Assembly (NCBI RefSeq): GCF_006345805.1
Contig: NC_042997.1
Coordinates: 201,686,001 to 201,750,000, forward strand
Reading direction: 5' to 3'
DNA: 64,000 nucleotides
Source of the DNA: Octopus sinensis
Lineage: Eukaryota
The notes beneath the pieces were generated by a model. It saw nothing but the letters and a program-made list of their open reading frames with translations. It ran no database searches and was not told where the DNA came from. Position 1 is the stretch's first letter. Each line of letters starts with the position of its first letter. Positions 61,246-64,000 of the stretch are shown here, in pieces. The translations under genes were made by a program, and so were the position numbers.

Positions 61246-61490
61246 GTGGAGGCGTGTGCCTTAGTGGTTATGGTGTCAGTACCATGATTTAAGATTTGGT
61301 TTCGATTCCTGGACCGGGCGACGGCGTTGGTTCTTGAGGCAAAACACTTCATTTCACGTTGCTCCAGTCCACTCAGCTGGCAAAAATGAGTAACGCTGCG
61401 ATGGACTGGCGTCCCGTCCAGCTGAGGACACATACGCCATAGAAACCGGGAAACCGGGCCCATGACCTGGCAAGGCTTTAAAAGGCGCAT
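61246..61490 (+). mobile_element. SINE family C (C2/T2)
   Basis: Head, CTGCGATGGACTGGCGTCCCGTCCAG block and AGGCTTTAAAAGGCG tail. Confidence 0.8.
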
Positions 61491-61499
61491 TATTAATAA

Positions 61500-61536
<37 letters not shown>

Positions 61537-61548
61537 ATATATATATAT

Positions 61549-61931
61549 AGCAATAATATTCTCTAAATGAGATATAGACAGTAACTGCTCCATAACATAA
61601 GGGACTAAAGCCATCTGAATATGGCTAGGGACAGGGCAAGGTGTGGGTGGTGGTTACTGTTGCATTTAGCCCCGGCGAACATCAACGTCGCCAGATAGGC
61701 TTGACACCATCACGGCGTCCTTTATCCTGCAAAGGAGATAATTCCCCGATGAAGCGGAAACCACACACGGACTAGGTTTCAAGGTGTATTGCCTATCATC
61801 AAGGACGCCGTGATGGTGTCAAGCCTATCTGGCGACGTTGATGTTCGCCTGGGGCTAAATGCAACAGTAACACCCCCACCACCCTGCCCTGTCCCTAGCC
61901 ATATTCAGATGGCTTTAGTCCCTTATGTTAT
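61549..61931 (-). mobile_element. Second copy of the retrozyme-like family with a 5' inversion
   Basis: 61592-61722 is inverted at 61801-61931; hammerhead core (reverse complement) at 61763-61802; (TA)n flanks. Confidence 0.8.
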
Positions 61932-62474
61932 ATATATATATATATATATATATAATGTAAATTTTTATCTATTGTTTACCTCTCGTCGATATGATTATTT
62001 TGATTAATTAAATAGCATTGACTAATTGAAATTATCGTTCGTCGGTATTCTGAATGTACGAAGACATATAAAAAAAAAACCAGACGTAAAAAAGTGACAT
62101 CACTCGAAAAAACACAGGAAACTTTCTATGATTTGTTTAATGTGCTTTTTTCTTCGTTGTTTTATTTGTATAATAAAACTTGGTAATTTTTTCCCCTACA
62201 TTCGTGTAGAGCTATTATATAAATTGTATTGATAATGTGCAACAAAGACATATATTGTCAGTTAAATAAGCAACTTAAAATACTATTTGTTTAATTGTTT
62301 CGACTCATTTTTGTTGTATTTGTCTTTCATCGTGGCTTTTCCACTCCGTTCAAATAAATATGCTAGCGCTTTGTTTATAATATTTACAAGATATTTTAGG
62401 GCGATAAGGTATGCCGCAAATTCTACTTTAGGATAACGTGCAAACTATACCTATATCTATGTACACGTATATGG

Positions 62475-62709
62475 AAGGCGGCGATTTGGCAGAAACGTTA
62501 GCATGCCGGGCGAAATACTCAGCGGTATTTCGTCTGCCGTTACGTTCTGAGTTCAAATTCCGCCGAGGTCGACTTTGCCTTTCATCATTTCGGGGTCGAT
62601 AAATAAAGTACCAGTTTCGCACTGGGGTCGATGTAATCGACTTAATCCCTTTGTCTGTCCTTGTTTGTCCCCTCTATGTTTAGCCCCTTGTGGGCAATAC
62701 TGAAATATA
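62475..62709 (+). mobile_element. SINE family A with 23-bp TSD
   Basis: TATATCTATGTA(C/T)ACGTATATGG at 62452-62474 and 62710-62732. Confidence 0.9.
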
Positions 62710-62749
62710 TATATCTATGTATACGTATATGGCATACCTACACCGACTT

Positions 62750-63250
62750 TGTTTCCTCAAAAACCCAGAAAAATGGATATTTTTAATGACATTTTTTACA
62801 CATATAGATGATGTAGATTACCATTATGTCGGAATTTAATATGAGAAAAAAACCCAGAAAACTGATGGCCTCGCACACATACATACTGACACACATCTCG
62901 AAGTTTTGTTTCGAAATTTCATGTTTCATTTTGCAATATGTGTCAGTACGTATGTGTGCCAGGCCATCAGTTTCTTTCTTCTTTTTTTTTTTTCGTATTA
63001 AATTCCGATATAATCATAATCTACACCACCTGAAATGTATGTAGAGAAAATTTCATTAAAATTTCCATTTTTGGAAAGTTGTGAGGACACAAAACCAATA
63101 AATTTTCCGAAACTCCTCTCCCCATCCCCGGAAAAACATTTTCACTGCAAATTCCGATATAATCGGAACTTACACATTCTGAAGAAAATTTGTAGAAAAT
63201 TACATTAAAAAATATCCATTCCTCAGGAAGTTATGAGGGAACAAATTTGG
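62750..63250. repeat. Large imperfect inverted repeat with an extra subrepeat
   Basis: 62750-62895 pairs with 62938-63090; the AAATTCCGATATAATC..GAGG.ACA module is repeated at 63148-63245. Confidence 0.7.
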
Positions 63251-63787
63251 GGTGGTAGCACACTTGTGAAAATATGCCTATCTGTATAAAAAACGCTCGC
63301 TGCCTGCGATGTGTACGTCAGTCACAATCCCCCTTCGTGTCCTGTTATCTTTTACACCTGTTTCACGAAACGGCTGTAACAGTCAAAATTTACCGGAAAA
63401 GAGCATGGAATAAATGCGAGGGCAAAAATGTTAACATTCATAATTTTGATGACAAAAAATTCTTTAACAGAAGGAAACGACCATCTAATTCTTTGCCCCT
63501 CCATGAGGTAGTGATAGCTGTTCCGAAAGTCTGCCGATCAGAGTTTGAAGATGTGTGTAACTGTAGAATATTACCTAGCTCCTTCTTTGAATATAGTTTA
63601 CAAGGGCATGACAATGTGGTTAAGAAGCGCCACGCAACTTCCTAGTTATGGGTCTGATCGCAAAGTGCGGCACCTTAGTTTTTTTTCCTAAATTTAAGTT
63701 GACTAATGTCATGTGAGTGGAATTTCGTTGATGAAAACTACATAAATCCAGTGTTGTATGAATGACTCTAATGGGATTCAAGGTACG

Positions 63788-63810
63788 AGAAAGAAAGAAA
63801 GAACGAACGA

Positions 63811-63850
<40 letters not shown>

Positions 63851-63995
63851 GGAAAAGAAAGAAAGAAAGAAAGGAAGGAAGGAAGGAAGGAAGGAAGGAA
63901 GGAAGGAAGGAAGGAAGGAAGGAAGGAATGAAGGAAGGAAGGAAGGAAGGGAGGGAGGGAAGGAAGGAAGGAAGGAAGGAAGGAAGGAAGAACGG
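63788..63995. repeat. (GAAA)n(GGAA)n polypurine tract
   Basis: Direct observation. Confidence 0.95.
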
Positions 63996-64000
63996 GAGAA

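Noticed and set aside
63274-63645. 123-aa non-repetitive ORF
   Set aside because: No motif recognised in any frame; the length is compatible with chance.

Overview
Eukaryotic, AT-rich, repeat-saturated genomic DNA with one 100-N scaffold gap (51704-51803). The SINE families and microsatellite load look like an octopus (coleoid cephalopod) genome; this is recognition, not a database result. I found no host protein-coding exon, rRNA, true tRNA or CRISPR array, and nearly all ORF-track entries are microsatellite or SINE read-through. The window contains three abundant tRNA-derived SINE groups (my labels A, B, C), decayed autonomous retroelements (Gypsy pol, three R4/Dong-like RLE LINE 3' ends in (TAA)n, Tx1/L1-like, RTE, Penelope RT and GIY-YIG), two internally deleted Tc1/mariner elements (DD41D and DD37D), four non-autonomous Helitrons, a hAT MITE and several foldback elements. 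The most notable hidden layer is a set of type I hammerhead ribozyme motifs read by eye. Intact or near-intact ones lie at 10512, 30511 (minus strand), 37094 and 60975; variant or degenerate ones lie at 6486, 23608, 29631 and 61763. One sits in a ~353-nt non-coding tandem unit inserted in (TA)n that looks like a retrozyme, with a U3:A8 core variant and a CAAAUA loop 2. Coordinates were counted by hand and may be off by a few bases, and translations of decayed elements are manual.
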